Shown: one piece after another, positions 17,952 to 25,045 of the stretch
Layout of the letters: every line of letters begins with the position of its first letter
Position numbering within the stretch: position 1 is the stretch's first letter
From: an uncultured archaeon
GTDB taxonomy: Archaea > Asgardarchaeota > Jordiarchaeia > Jordiarchaeales > Jordiarchaeaceae
Assembly: GCA_964510585.1 (NCBI GenBank)
Contig: CAZECW010000101.1
Coordinates: forward strand, 1-25,045
Direction: 5' to 3'
Length of the DNA stretch: 25,045 nt
Translations under genes and position numbers: made by a program
Notes under the pieces: generated by a model
Told to the model about the DNA's origin: nothing
The model's database searches: none
Seen by the model: the letters and a program-made list of their open reading frames with translations, nothing else

Positions 17952-18806
17952 TTAGGGCACAGTTAAATCCACATTTATCCATCCGCTTGGTCTGCCCTGC
18001 TCCCTTTTAAGTATTCTAAAACCAGGTGGACTATCTCGAGTTTCAATCACTATTGAGAAGGTATCCATAATGAAGTCTCGAATTTCCTTATCGAGTAATT
18101 CTGATTCAAAAATAGATATGGTTAGCAAATTGCGGAAACTAACCCTACCAAGCCTCTCTTCATATTCAAGAATCTTCTTTGGGAACAAGGCTTCCTCCTT
18201 CATATATCTTATAATCGAGTCTCTAATAACTATGAGGCCCTCGTAGCCCTCTTTTTTGGATTCCTCTAGCATATCCTTCAATTTATTTATTAGCAGGTAA
18301 TCCTCCGTGAGGTCTTTATAAAGTTCTGCAATGTCACCAATGATACAGGACTCCACACCGATTTTCTCAATCATTTTTCTTACGGTGCTGAGTCGGGCCC
18401 CTTTACTAGTGGTGTAATAGTAAGATTTAATGTTTCTCTTACTGGCCGCCACAATTATGTGTATAGCCAAAAATGTTGTGGTTCTCGGTTCACCTATGAC
18501 TGCTACGTGATCTATAAACTGTAGTCCGCCACACAAGTATAGGTCTAGGTCTGTAATTCCACTGGAAATCTTGTTGGGAATGGATCTGGCTACATCTGCG
18601 AGTTTATCGCAGGTGGTAATCATCAACTCTTCCGTTATTGGTTCACACCATACTCCCTTACATATAGGCACCGAATAGTCTAAAGCGCAACGCGTAAGTT
18701 TACCTTCTTCCACTATCAAGTAGCGGCAAGGCTTCTCGTAGGAAAATCCCAAGCAGCTGACCAGTATTTCGGCGATGGATCTCAGCAACAATGGTATTCT
18801 CCTCAA
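17952..18806 (-). CDS. Inactive KaiC/RAD55-like (MEDS/DcmR-like) P-loop-derived protein with Cys-rich N-terminus; start uncertain
   Basis: KISSGITDLDLYLCGGL followed by VAVIGEPRTTT is a KaiC/RecA start with a broken Walker A. GLIVIRD...ILEYEERL recalls MEDS. The C-terminus GFRILKREQG is RecA-like. Confidence 0.6.
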   Translation of the reverse strand: MRRIPLLLRSIAEILVSCLGFSYEKPCRYLIVEEGKLTRCALDYSVPICKGVWCEPITEELMITTCDKLADVARSIPNKISSGITDLDLYLCGGLQFIDHVAVIGEPRTTTFLAIHIIVAASKRNIKSYYYTTSKGARLSTVRKMIEKIGVESCIIGDIAELYKDLTEDYLLINKLKDMLEESKKEGYEGLIVIRDSIIRYMKEEALFPKKILEYEERLGRVSFRNLLTISIFESELLDKEIRDFIMDTFSIVIETRDSPPGFRILKREQGRPSGWINVDLTVP

Positions 18807-19181
18807 CAGTTATTGTTGACTCCGGCGCCTAATTGGAGCATATGACTTCATCCTTTTATTTAACTCTCATCATCCCCGCGTTTTCCAAATAGTTAAACTC
18901 GCTGGGTTAGCGGCCCGTGTAATGTACTTTTAGGTTCTTAAATGCTTCTCAAAGAAAAAAATATTTTTCCCTTTAAAAAATTTATCTTATTATGTTTTAC
19001 CAAAAAAGGGGTTAAGTAATAAAAAAATTTACTTAAAAAACTTGAAAAAAAACATTTTTTTAAAAAAAGAATTTAGAGATTCTAAAAAGCACGATTCAAT
19101 TTCTAATTTTGACATGTAGAGCTGAGCAATAAACACTTTTGGAGCGGAAAGTTTTCCCCTTGCTTAAAATTGTTTTTTATC

Positions 19182-19667
19182 TTATAAGTATTCTGGTGGG
19201 GGAAAGCCGAATTCCTCCATGTGGTCGAATCCGATTTTAAAATTTGCCATGAGTTTTCTTATTTCCTCCTCGACTTCGCCAGCTTTTCTTATGGAGTCAA
19301 AGCTTTCCACGTGGTCTCCTATTTCCATTATGCAATCTGACACCGCATCAATCTCTTCCCCTATCCTCCGTTTAATCTCATCACACAGGCGAATCATCCC
19401 ATCCACAAGCACCATAATTTCTTCCTGTCTTATTGAGCCCTTTAAATCCTCCAAGGCTATCGAAAGTTTATCACATTTTTTCATTCTCTCTGCCAAAAAT
19501 TTGATTCTATACTTCTCGCACCACCACCTAAACTCAGTGGTACTCATTTTCTGGGCCTCAGAAGGGGAGAGAAAAACTGTCTGAGGCCCTAATTCCTCAA
19601 CCTCGTAGCGCCTCCACTCCAAAAAGGCCTTAACCACAAAGCCCCACAGCTCCATAATCACAGACAA
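19182..19667 (-). CDS. Hypothetical alpha-helical protein, probably co-transcribed with the CoA-transferase genes
   Basis: 161-aa ORF with a TTG start after GGAGG, 31 bp downstream of the beta-subunit stop. Confidence 0.7.
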   Translation of the reverse strand: MSVIMELWGFVVKAFLEWRRYEVEELGPQTVFLSPSEAQKMSTTEFRWWCEKYRIKFLAERMKKCDKLSIALEDLKGSIRQEEIMVLVDGMIRLCDEIKRRIGEEIDAVSDCIMEIGDHVESFDSIRKAGEVEEEIRKLMANFKIGFDHMEEFGFPPPEYL

Positions 19668-19698
19668 AAATGGCCCTCCATGAAAAAGATTCTAGAAT

Positions 19699-20547
19699 TT
19701 ATTTTGGCATTTCGGACTCAATTATTTCATCAAGAAGAGCGTCTCTCTCCTCCGCAGGTAGAAACTCTAAACGCCTGATATTTAGGGGGTCAATTTCCTC
19801 CCTTATTATCCTTACCTGTTCCTTAGTAGGAGGCTCCGTGGTGGGTGTATCTTCGGGAATAATTAGTTCAAAGCCTGTTTTTTCCTGAATTTCCCTCCTC
19901 GTTACCCCGGGATGCAGAGAAATAACTTTCATGCGCTTAGTCTTCTCGTCAAAACCCAGCACTGCAAGGTCAGTAATTATGTGGTAAGGGCCTTTTCCCG
20001 GGAATCCCATCTGCTCCCTAGTGGTTTTTCCGTCTAGGAAACCTACGCCACTCACAAAGTCAATTTTGGGTGTGAAACATCTCTTATCGTGGCGAGGCAC
20101 GTAGAGCAGAATCTTCTTGTAGGTGATTGAAACCTCGGGTATCCCAGCAGCCCCTGGAAGACGAACCTTGGGAGAGTACCAGTCGCCTATGCAGGTATTA
20201 TTGAAGTTTCCATACATATCTATTTGGGCAGGCCTGAAATACTCCACTGTTACTCTTCCAGAAGGCAGATGCTCCATAGTCACTTCCCCGCTATGTTGAA
20301 AGCGCAGAGCCCAAGTACTAACATACTTCTCAAAATATAGTAAAGATACCGGGCGAGTTTCAAGAACATAGGCGTTGCCCATATGAAACATGGGAGTACA
20401 GTGGGGGGCGTGAGTTTTTTTGGCAAGCAGGTAAGCATTGGTCACCAAGGGTGTAGCTATACCCTGCGCCATCACATCATAGTCTTTAATCTCCCTCGCC
20501 ATACAAACAATAACCATTTCGTCCGTTGTAAAATCATCAGAATACAT
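19699..20547 (-). CDS. gctB: Family I CoA-transferase beta subunit (GctB/IpdB-like)
   Basis: Motifs FTTDEMVIVCMAREIKD, LAKKTHAP, AQIDMYGNFN, RLPGAAG, ITDLAVLGF and SLHPGV...IQEKTGFEL...PPTKEQVRIIREEIDP. Confidence 0.85.
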   Translation of the reverse strand: MYSDDFTTDEMVIVCMAREIKDYDVMAQGIATPLVTNAYLLAKKTHAPHCTPMFHMGNAYVLETRPVSLLYFEKYVSTWALRFQHSGEVTMEHLPSGRVTVEYFRPAQIDMYGNFNNTCIGDWYSPKVRLPGAAGIPEVSITYKKILLYVPRHDKRCFTPKIDFVSGVGFLDGKTTREQMGFPGKGPYHIITDLAVLGFDEKTKRMKVISLHPGVTRREIQEKTGFELIIPEDTPTTEPPTKEQVRIIREEIDPLNIRRLEFLPAEERDALLDEIIESEMPK

Positions 20548-20560
20548 AGATCACTCACTC

Positions 20561-21424
20561 CTAGAGAAGAATTTTAGAAAGGGTTGAGGCTCCTACTCGG
20601 TCCAGATACTCTTCATGAGTTTTTGCCTGGTAAACGTAAGTGTTGAGATACTCAGAAAATCCATTATTCCTCGACATTTCCAAATATTTCCTGATGTGCT
20701 TTATGTCATAAGTGTAAAACGGGAAGCAGGATGTGGGATGAGCTCCGAAGGGCGCACGGACTACAGCGTCAACCATAAAGTGGGGAATGTTAGCCCTGCC
20801 CGGGACGCGAATGATTTCTTCTGTTTCCACAATCTTCTCAGCAGAGATGATTACTTTCTTGCTGGCTTTGGCTAAGTCCTCATCTAACCAAACCGCACCG
20901 TCAATGTGGGCATTACCCATTCTGTCCGCCATAGACACATGGATAATTGAAACATCTGGCTTTATAGGGGGAAGGGCTACAAGCTTCTCGCCGGAAAGGG
21001 GGCAGGTGTACTCCTTAAGGTCCTTTCTTACTTTCATAACATCGGTGCCTCTAATTCCCCTAGTTGGCAGGTGGGGCACTTGGAGTAGGGTGGCCTTTAG
21101 GCCCAAGACAATTGTGAGTTCTGTTTCTTCAACTATCTCGAGTTCCCCATTTTCTGAAGCCTTGCGAAAATTAGGCGCCAGGCCAAGGATTTCAAAACCC
21201 ACATAGCAACTTCTAATCTGCGAGGCACAGTGTGCACCTATAAGCATATCTGTGGGTAGTCCAGCTATGAATGTCAAAATTCGCAGATTTTTAATTCCCT
21301 GGCGTATAATCTCTCGAGTCAACACCATGGGGCGGCGGTAGAGGCTCATTCCTCCGATGCCCAGAAGGTCACCGTTTTTAATTAAACTAGCCGCCTCGCT
21401 CAAGGATACCAGTTTATCAGCCAA
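20561..21424 (-). CDS. gctA: Family I CoA-transferase alpha subunit (GctA/IpdA-like); start TTG 21424 preferred
   Basis: Motifs KLVSLSEAASLIKNGD, IGG..LYRRPM, PPIKPDVSIIHV..AD..GNA, LAKASKKVIISAEKIV and VDAVV.APFGAHPTSC. AGGAGG lies just upstream of TTG 21424. Confidence 0.88.
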   Translation of the reverse strand: MADKLVSLSEAASLIKNGDLLGIGGMSLYRRPMVLTREIIRQGIKNLRILTFIAGLPTDMLIGAHCASQIRSCYVGFEILGLAPNFRKASENGELEIVEETELTIVLGLKATLLQVPHLPTRGIRGTDVMKVRKDLKEYTCPLSGEKLVALPPIKPDVSIIHVSMADRMGNAHIDGAVWLDEDLAKASKKVIISAEKIVETEEIIRVPGRANIPHFMVDAVVRAPFGAHPTSCFPFYTYDIKHIRKYLEMSRNNGFSEYLNTYVYQAKTHEEYLDRVGASTLSKILL

Positions 21425-21603
21425 CCTTTTTCCTCCTAAAAACCAGAAGACAATATGGTAGAAAACATCTGAATTCATAAAGCTTAAAAGTTTTTTCGCT
21501 TGAAACCCCCAGTTTATTCTGCTTGTGCCCACAGTATGAAAAGAATATTTATGGGACTCTACAAGTTGTGAGCCTAAAATAGGTGTTAGGGTTTATACTT
21601 CGT

Positions 21604-22338
21604 CTAAACAACTTGGTAGTAACCCGGTCGAGGCTCGATTGCTTCGCCGGATTTGAGAAGTTTTTTTAGGGTTTCTTGGGTTTCTTCGGGAGTGTATCCC
21701 AGAGTTTCCATTTTTTGCATTATTTCCTTTTCGGACATGGGATTAGCTGATTCGGATAAGAGTTTTACTAAGGCTCTTCTGGCTCCCTTAACCTGTGTCT
21801 GGAAACTGGGGGTTTTAGATATGGCAGTGTATCCAGAGTCTGCTGCGCCCACATACTTTATGGTCCATGGAGTGGGGAAAATTATGTTTCCTTCTTTTCC
21901 GAGTTGAACCAGCTTTTCTTTTACGTATTCGAAGTCTAATTTGTATTTGGGGCAGAGTTCTTCGATTCGGTCGAAGCTTGCCGGTTGCTTTGTGCAGTGT
22001 TCTCTTAAGAGAAGTGTAAGTCTCTGGGTTCTGGAGCTGGAAATCGTTTCTTCCTCCTCCGTTAAGTCTTCGATTTTTATGGATTCTTTGGGGAGAAGTT
22101 TTTCCAGCTCTTTCTGCGAAGCTTCTACGGCTTGGAGGAAGCTTTTGGCGTCTTTCTCCGCATTGTACTTTCGCACCAGCATTGAGGCTTCTTTCTGGTC
22201 GTGAACAATTTGGCATCTTGTGGGGTCAATTTTTATTATGTTGCCACAGTTGCCACAAAGTCTAGTTTTTTGCCTGACTGGCGAGAAGGTAAACCTGCCA
22301 CATTTGGGACACTTGAAAATCGCGTATACCTGTTTCAA
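21604..22338 (-). CDS. DUF1922-like zinc-ribbon protein with two C-terminal winged-helix-like regions
   Basis: The N-terminus has CPKCG...TRLCGNCG...EASMLVRKYN. Two later regions (EKLVQLGKEGNIIFP; ETLKKLLKSGEAIEPRPGYYQ) follow the wHTH pattern. TTG start after GGAGG. Confidence 0.7.
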   Translation of the reverse strand: MKQVYAIFKCPKCGRFTFSPVRQKTRLCGNCGNIIKIDPTRCQIVHDQKEASMLVRKYNAEKDAKSFLQAVEASQKELEKLLPKESIKIEDLTEEEETISSSRTQRLTLLLREHCTKQPASFDRIEELCPKYKLDFEYVKEKLVQLGKEGNIIFPTPWTIKYVGAADSGYTAISKTPSFQTQVKGARRALVKLLSESANPMSEKEIMQKMETLGYTPEETQETLKKLLKSGEAIEPRPGYYQVV

Positions 22339-22574
22339 GACTCATCCTCCAAAGAAAAACTTATCCTTACCTATAATTCTTATTCTCACTTGGTATAAAT
22401 AGTCCTTCTAATTAACATTTTATATTTTTGGTGCAAAACTTAATTTGCGAATTTGAGTTTTCACATGCACTAATTTTATTTTCTTTCTGGAAACATAAAT
22501 AAGTAAATGTTTAGATTATTAGTTTATAGGTGTGAATAGTTCTTTAATTTTAGAATTGATTGAGGTTGTGCAAA

Positions 22575-23102
22575 ATGGATGTCGAGGCCCTTGCCGATCT
22601 TAAGGCTTATCTCGAAGAGGAAATTGAAAAAAGGAAGGAGGAACTGGAACGTTTTAAAAGGTTTCTCGGATTAGTTGATGAGCTTTTAATGCAGGAAAGC
22701 TTTAAGACCGCAGCTGAAGTTGTGGAGTCAACTGGGAAAAAGGAGGGAGGGGAGGAAGAATTCAAGATTGTTTCAAAGAACGGCGTGCTACTGGGTGAGA
22801 TGACAATATCGAAAGATGCGATTTCAATTAGACCAAATCCAGAGATCGAGTTTAACGTTAAGACTCCTCCCTTCGCATCGTTTTTCCTGGGAAAAGTGTT
22901 GTCTGGAATGTTGAGAGCTGATGAGGAACTAGCTAAGAAGAAAATGCTTGACGAGAAAAACATAATAAAGTTCAAAGTTAAGGCCCCAAACGATATTCTT
23001 CAGGAGATCGTAATAAGGAATTACGGTGACGAAAAAAGGGTTGACGAAATAAAAAACACTATACGTTGGACTCTGGAGAAAATCTACCAACAAGCACAGT
23101 AA
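22575..23102 (+). CDS. Conserved archaeal hypothetical protein with N-terminal coiled coil (start ATG 22575 preferred)
   Basis: Coiled coil LKAYLEEEIEKRKEELERFK. Motifs TPPFASFFLGKVL and IVIRNY...EIKNTIRWTLEKI are as I recall them from TACK/Asgard hypotheticals. Confidence 0.75.
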   Translation: MDVEALADLKAYLEEEIEKRKEELERFKRFLGLVDELLMQESFKTAAEVVESTGKKEGGEEEFKIVSKNGVLLGEMTISKDAISIRPNPEIEFNVKTPPFASFFLGKVLSGMLRADEELAKKKMLDEKNIIKFKVKAPNDILQEIVIRNYGDEKRVDEIKNTIRWTLEKIYQQAQ

Positions 23103-23314
23103 TTTCCCAACCAGCCACTTTCTTAAAAAAAGGAACCCTTTCAGCCAGTATTATATTTGTATGTACCAGTTTCTCCAACACTGTGGTAGAGTTGACTTCT
23201 TAAATAAGCAGTGGGAGGTGTTCGTCGATCCACAAAATATTCGTACTTTTTCATATTACCCTCTATTTTTAGGTTTGTTTTTCGAAAGATTTATGTTTAG
23301 TTGCTTTAAATAAA

Positions 23315-23322
23315 TTTATAAA
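23315..23322 (+). promoter_or_regulatory. TATA box; spacing suggests a leaderless transcript
   Basis: TTTATAAA ends 23 nt before ATG 23346, and that gene has no GGAGG. Confidence 0.4.
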
Positions 23323-23345
23323 CGGAAGAAAGGGGAAATACTCTT

Positions 23346-23948
23346 ATGGCTTACCGAGATGCTATGGAAGGCAACTTTCTAGCGGTTCATGGGGCGGAAC
23401 AACTCAGGCTCATAAAAGAGGCTTACAAGTTTTATGTTAAAAATGATGTACGGGATGTTTTAGCATTTGGGGCAGTTACTCTTATTAATAGGTATCTTCG
23501 AGTTTCCAAATTGCCAAAAGAAGACGTAGCAATGTTTGTTGCTGCCCTATACCTGGTAAGTAGACACCCCTTCTCATTTGCTAACCACACTTCAAAGCAG
23601 GAATTCGCGGAACAGTTTGGTATAAAGGCCACCTCTCTTGAGTGGTACTCTGAAAACTTGGCTGAGAAACTGGGATTCATAAGGATATACGATTACCGCC
23701 ACTTCCCATACTACATTGATCCAGAGGGGGTAATAAACTCTGTAATATTGTCCGTGGTTCGACTCACAGTAGAGGAACTTGCAGTGAGAACCCTTCTCGG
23801 CGTAGAAACATTTGAAGAGAATGAAGCCATAGAGGGAATAGTGGATAGACTGGTTGATAGACTAAAAATCGTACCCAGCGTCTTTAAGCCAGAAATACGC
23901 AGAATTGTTTCAGAATATATGAGTAAAGAAATTAAGAAGTACATTTGA
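23346..23948 (+). CDS. Protein with a single TFB/TFIIB-type cyclin-fold repeat
   Basis: VAALYLVSRH...TSKQEFAEQFGIKATSLEWYSENLAEKLG resembles the TFB repeat 2 pattern AAALYIAS...[27 protein letters not shown]. There is no zinc ribbon. Confidence 0.6.
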   Translation: MAYRDAMEGNFLAVHGAEQLRLIKEAYKFYVKNDVRDVLAFGAVTLINRYLRVSKLPKEDVAMFVAALYLVSRHPFSFANHTSKQEFAEQFGIKATSLEWYSENLAEKLGFIRIYDYRHFPYYIDPEGVINSVILSVVRLTVEELAVRTLLGVETFEENEAIEGIVDRLVDRLKIVPSVFKPEIRRIVSEYMSKEIKKYI

Positions 23949-23969
23949 AGTTTCAAAGAGGCTTAAGAG

Positions 23970-24719
23970 GTGAAAACTGAGGAAAGCTTTCCCTGTTTTG
24001 AAGTTGAGGGACAAAAGATTCCCAGAATACTTCTGGGGAGCTCCCCCTTCCTAGGCGCAGGCCAATTTGGCGTAAAGGCTTACCAGTACTATAAGAAATT
24101 CTTTGAGAACCCTGAAAATATTACGGAGCTAGTAATAGAGTCCATAAAGCTTGGAGTGAGGGGTATCCAGCTCGTGGCGTATAGCGAAATTGCCCGAGCA
24201 GTAAAACAGGCACAAGTTGAAACTGGGGTGGAATTAACAGTTGTGGGCAGCTTGCCCTTTGATAGACCAGAAGAAGGACTAGATTGCCTGTGTGATTTAA
24301 ATACTAAAGCGGTTTTACTCCATGGGGAGGAAACGGATAGGCTTAACCTTAAGGTGTTAGATTCTTGGTTCAAAAGAATCAGAAAGGCGGGTTTCGTTCC
24401 GGGCGTTGCCACCCACAAACCGGACCTCACTCTACCTGTGATCCTAAAAAGTGAATTAGATTTTTCACTGGTATTAGTACCCTTCAATGCGGCCGGCTTC
24501 CTCATGGGAAAAAAAGAAACGGTTTACAATATAGTTTCAGAATGCGACAAATCATACATAGCTATGAAGCCCTTAGCCGCAGGACGCCTCAAACCCAAAG
24601 AGGCATTGGAATTCGTCTTTTCCTGTAGGGGTATAAAGTCTGCGGCGGTAGGCATAGCCACGCCAGAGGAAGCCAGGGAAACATTCTCCATAGCCAAAGA
24701 TATCCTCAAAAAAAATTAA
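23970..24719 (+). CDS. Aldo/keto reductase-like TIM-barrel protein (archaeal subfamily)
   Basis: Motifs IPRILLGSSPF, LGVRGIQ, LLHG, PGVATH, LVPFN..G and IAMKPLAAGRL. GTG start. Confidence 0.75.
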   Translation: MKTEESFPCFEVEGQKIPRILLGSSPFLGAGQFGVKAYQYYKKFFENPENITELVIESIKLGVRGIQLVAYSEIARAVKQAQVETGVELTVVGSLPFDRPEEGLDCLCDLNTKAVLLHGEETDRLNLKVLDSWFKRIRKAGFVPGVATHKPDLTLPVILKSELDFSLVLVPFNAAGFLMGKKETVYNIVSECDKSYIAMKPLAAGRLKPKEALEFVFSCRGIKSAAVGIATPEEARETFSIAKDILKKN

Positions 24720-24777
24720 CGTTAAATTTACGCTTGATTCTTATTTTCTTTAGGCTTTTCTTCTTTTATTTTTTGGA

Positions 24778-24955
24778 TTGACACTCTCCGCGACTAAAGT
24801 CGGGAGATTCTTGCTTCTGGCTCATCGGGAGCCTTCGAAGCAATGGGTGTGCCACCACCCAGTTAACACGCCCTTCCCTCAAAGGAAACGGCGTCTATGT
24901 TGGCACCCTCATGGGGGCTGAGTCTTGTTTAGCCCCTTAAAGCCCAAGCCAAACC
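24778..24955 (-). ncRNA. Predicted TnpB-type omegaRNA (reRNA) scaffold inside the mini-element; 5' end estimated from TATA spacing
   Basis: Consecutive stems at 24914-19/24931-36, 24868-77/24884-94, 24844-49/24856-61, 24811-17/24837-43 (with 24819-23/24829-33) and the right-end hairpin. A 5-bp pseudoknot can form between 24901-05 and loop 24850-54. The RNA ends at the transposon right end, as TnpB omegaRNAs do. Confidence 0.65.
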
Positions 24956-25045
24956 CTTCAGCTACCAACAACTATTTACATACCCTACTTTCAAATAAAC
25001 TTTTTTGGCGATTCATCCCCACGACTTGAAGTCGGGGGCTTTCTC
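24778..25045 (-). mobile_element. Non-autonomous IS200/IS605-family mini-element, copy 2 (complete right end; last ~11 nt of left end beyond the window; ~279 bp predicted)
   Basis: The right end on minus reads GAAT-CTCCCGACT-TT-AGTCG-C-GGAG-AGTG-TCAA, the IS608-type guide GAAT and cleavage site TCAA (24781-24778). The left-end hairpin CCCC-A-CGACT-TGA-AGTCG-GGGG followed by CTTT (AAAG on minus) is at the window end. There is no coding capacity. Confidence 0.88.

Noticed and set aside
18920-19180. Very AT-rich tract with long A/T runs as a replication origin
   Set aside because: There are no flanking ORB pairs and no cdc6/orc1 gene. It is explained by terminator and promoter sequence between co-oriented genes.
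21425-21532. N-terminal extension of the CoA-transferase alpha ORF
   Set aside because: Family similarity begins at DKLVSL, and AGGAGG sits just upstream of TTG 21424.
770-24709. Many short ORFs (60-147 aa) in the supplied track that overlap longer genes, e.g. 1142-1462, 7488-7898, 11317-11760, 17011-17394, 20787-21206, 24089-24505
   Set aside because: They are antisense or alternate-frame shadows of well-supported CDSs, with no motifs or initiation signals.
24909-24968. 19-aa ORF (TTG...TGA, LVAEGFGLGFKGLNKTQPP) inside the element
   Set aside because: A 1-nt indel in copy 1 shifts the frame to an early stop, so it is not conserved. It has no TnpB-like motif.
1-25045. Circular plasmid or virus suggested by matching window ends
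   Set aside because: The two ends differ at 9 of 127 positions, so they are not an assembly overlap. The cargo is chromosomal, with no replication, capsid or integrase genes.
1-25045. Autonomous transposase, TnpB, tRNA or rRNA genes
   Set aside because: No ORF shows HUH/Y1 or RuvC/zinc-finger TnpB motifs, and no cloverleaf or rRNA-like sequence was seen in the intergenic regions.

Overview
Archaeal chromosomal segment. Evidence: TATA/BRE promoters, GGAGG ribosome-binding sites with many TTG/GTG starts, and archaeal gene families. Roadblock, GRAM/PH and CCDC47-like genes suggest an Asgard lineage, but that is inference. It holds about 21 housekeeping or hypothetical CDSs: two tandem ArsB/NhaD permeases, a 910-aa membrane protein, an ArcE/COG2403 ATP-dependent enzyme, an M28 peptidase, two tandem CCG/Fe-S oxidoreductases, a QueG-like protein, a nitrilase, a two-subunit family I CoA-transferase, a TFB cyclin-fold protein and an AKR-like protein. 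The standout feature is non-coding. Both window ends lie in copies of a ~279-bp ORF-less IS200/IS605-family mini-element on the minus strand. Its ends follow the IS608 code (TTAC target, AAAG and GAAT guides, bulged hairpins, TCAA terminus). Its interior is a TATA promoter fused to a highly structured, pseudoknot-capable ~180-nt sequence resembling a TnpB omegaRNA, so it may be a mobile stand-alone guide-RNA cassette. A decayed solo right end sits between the two permease paralogs. No tnpA, tnpB, CRISPR array, tRNA or rRNA was seen. All family calls come from motif recognition by eye, with no database search.
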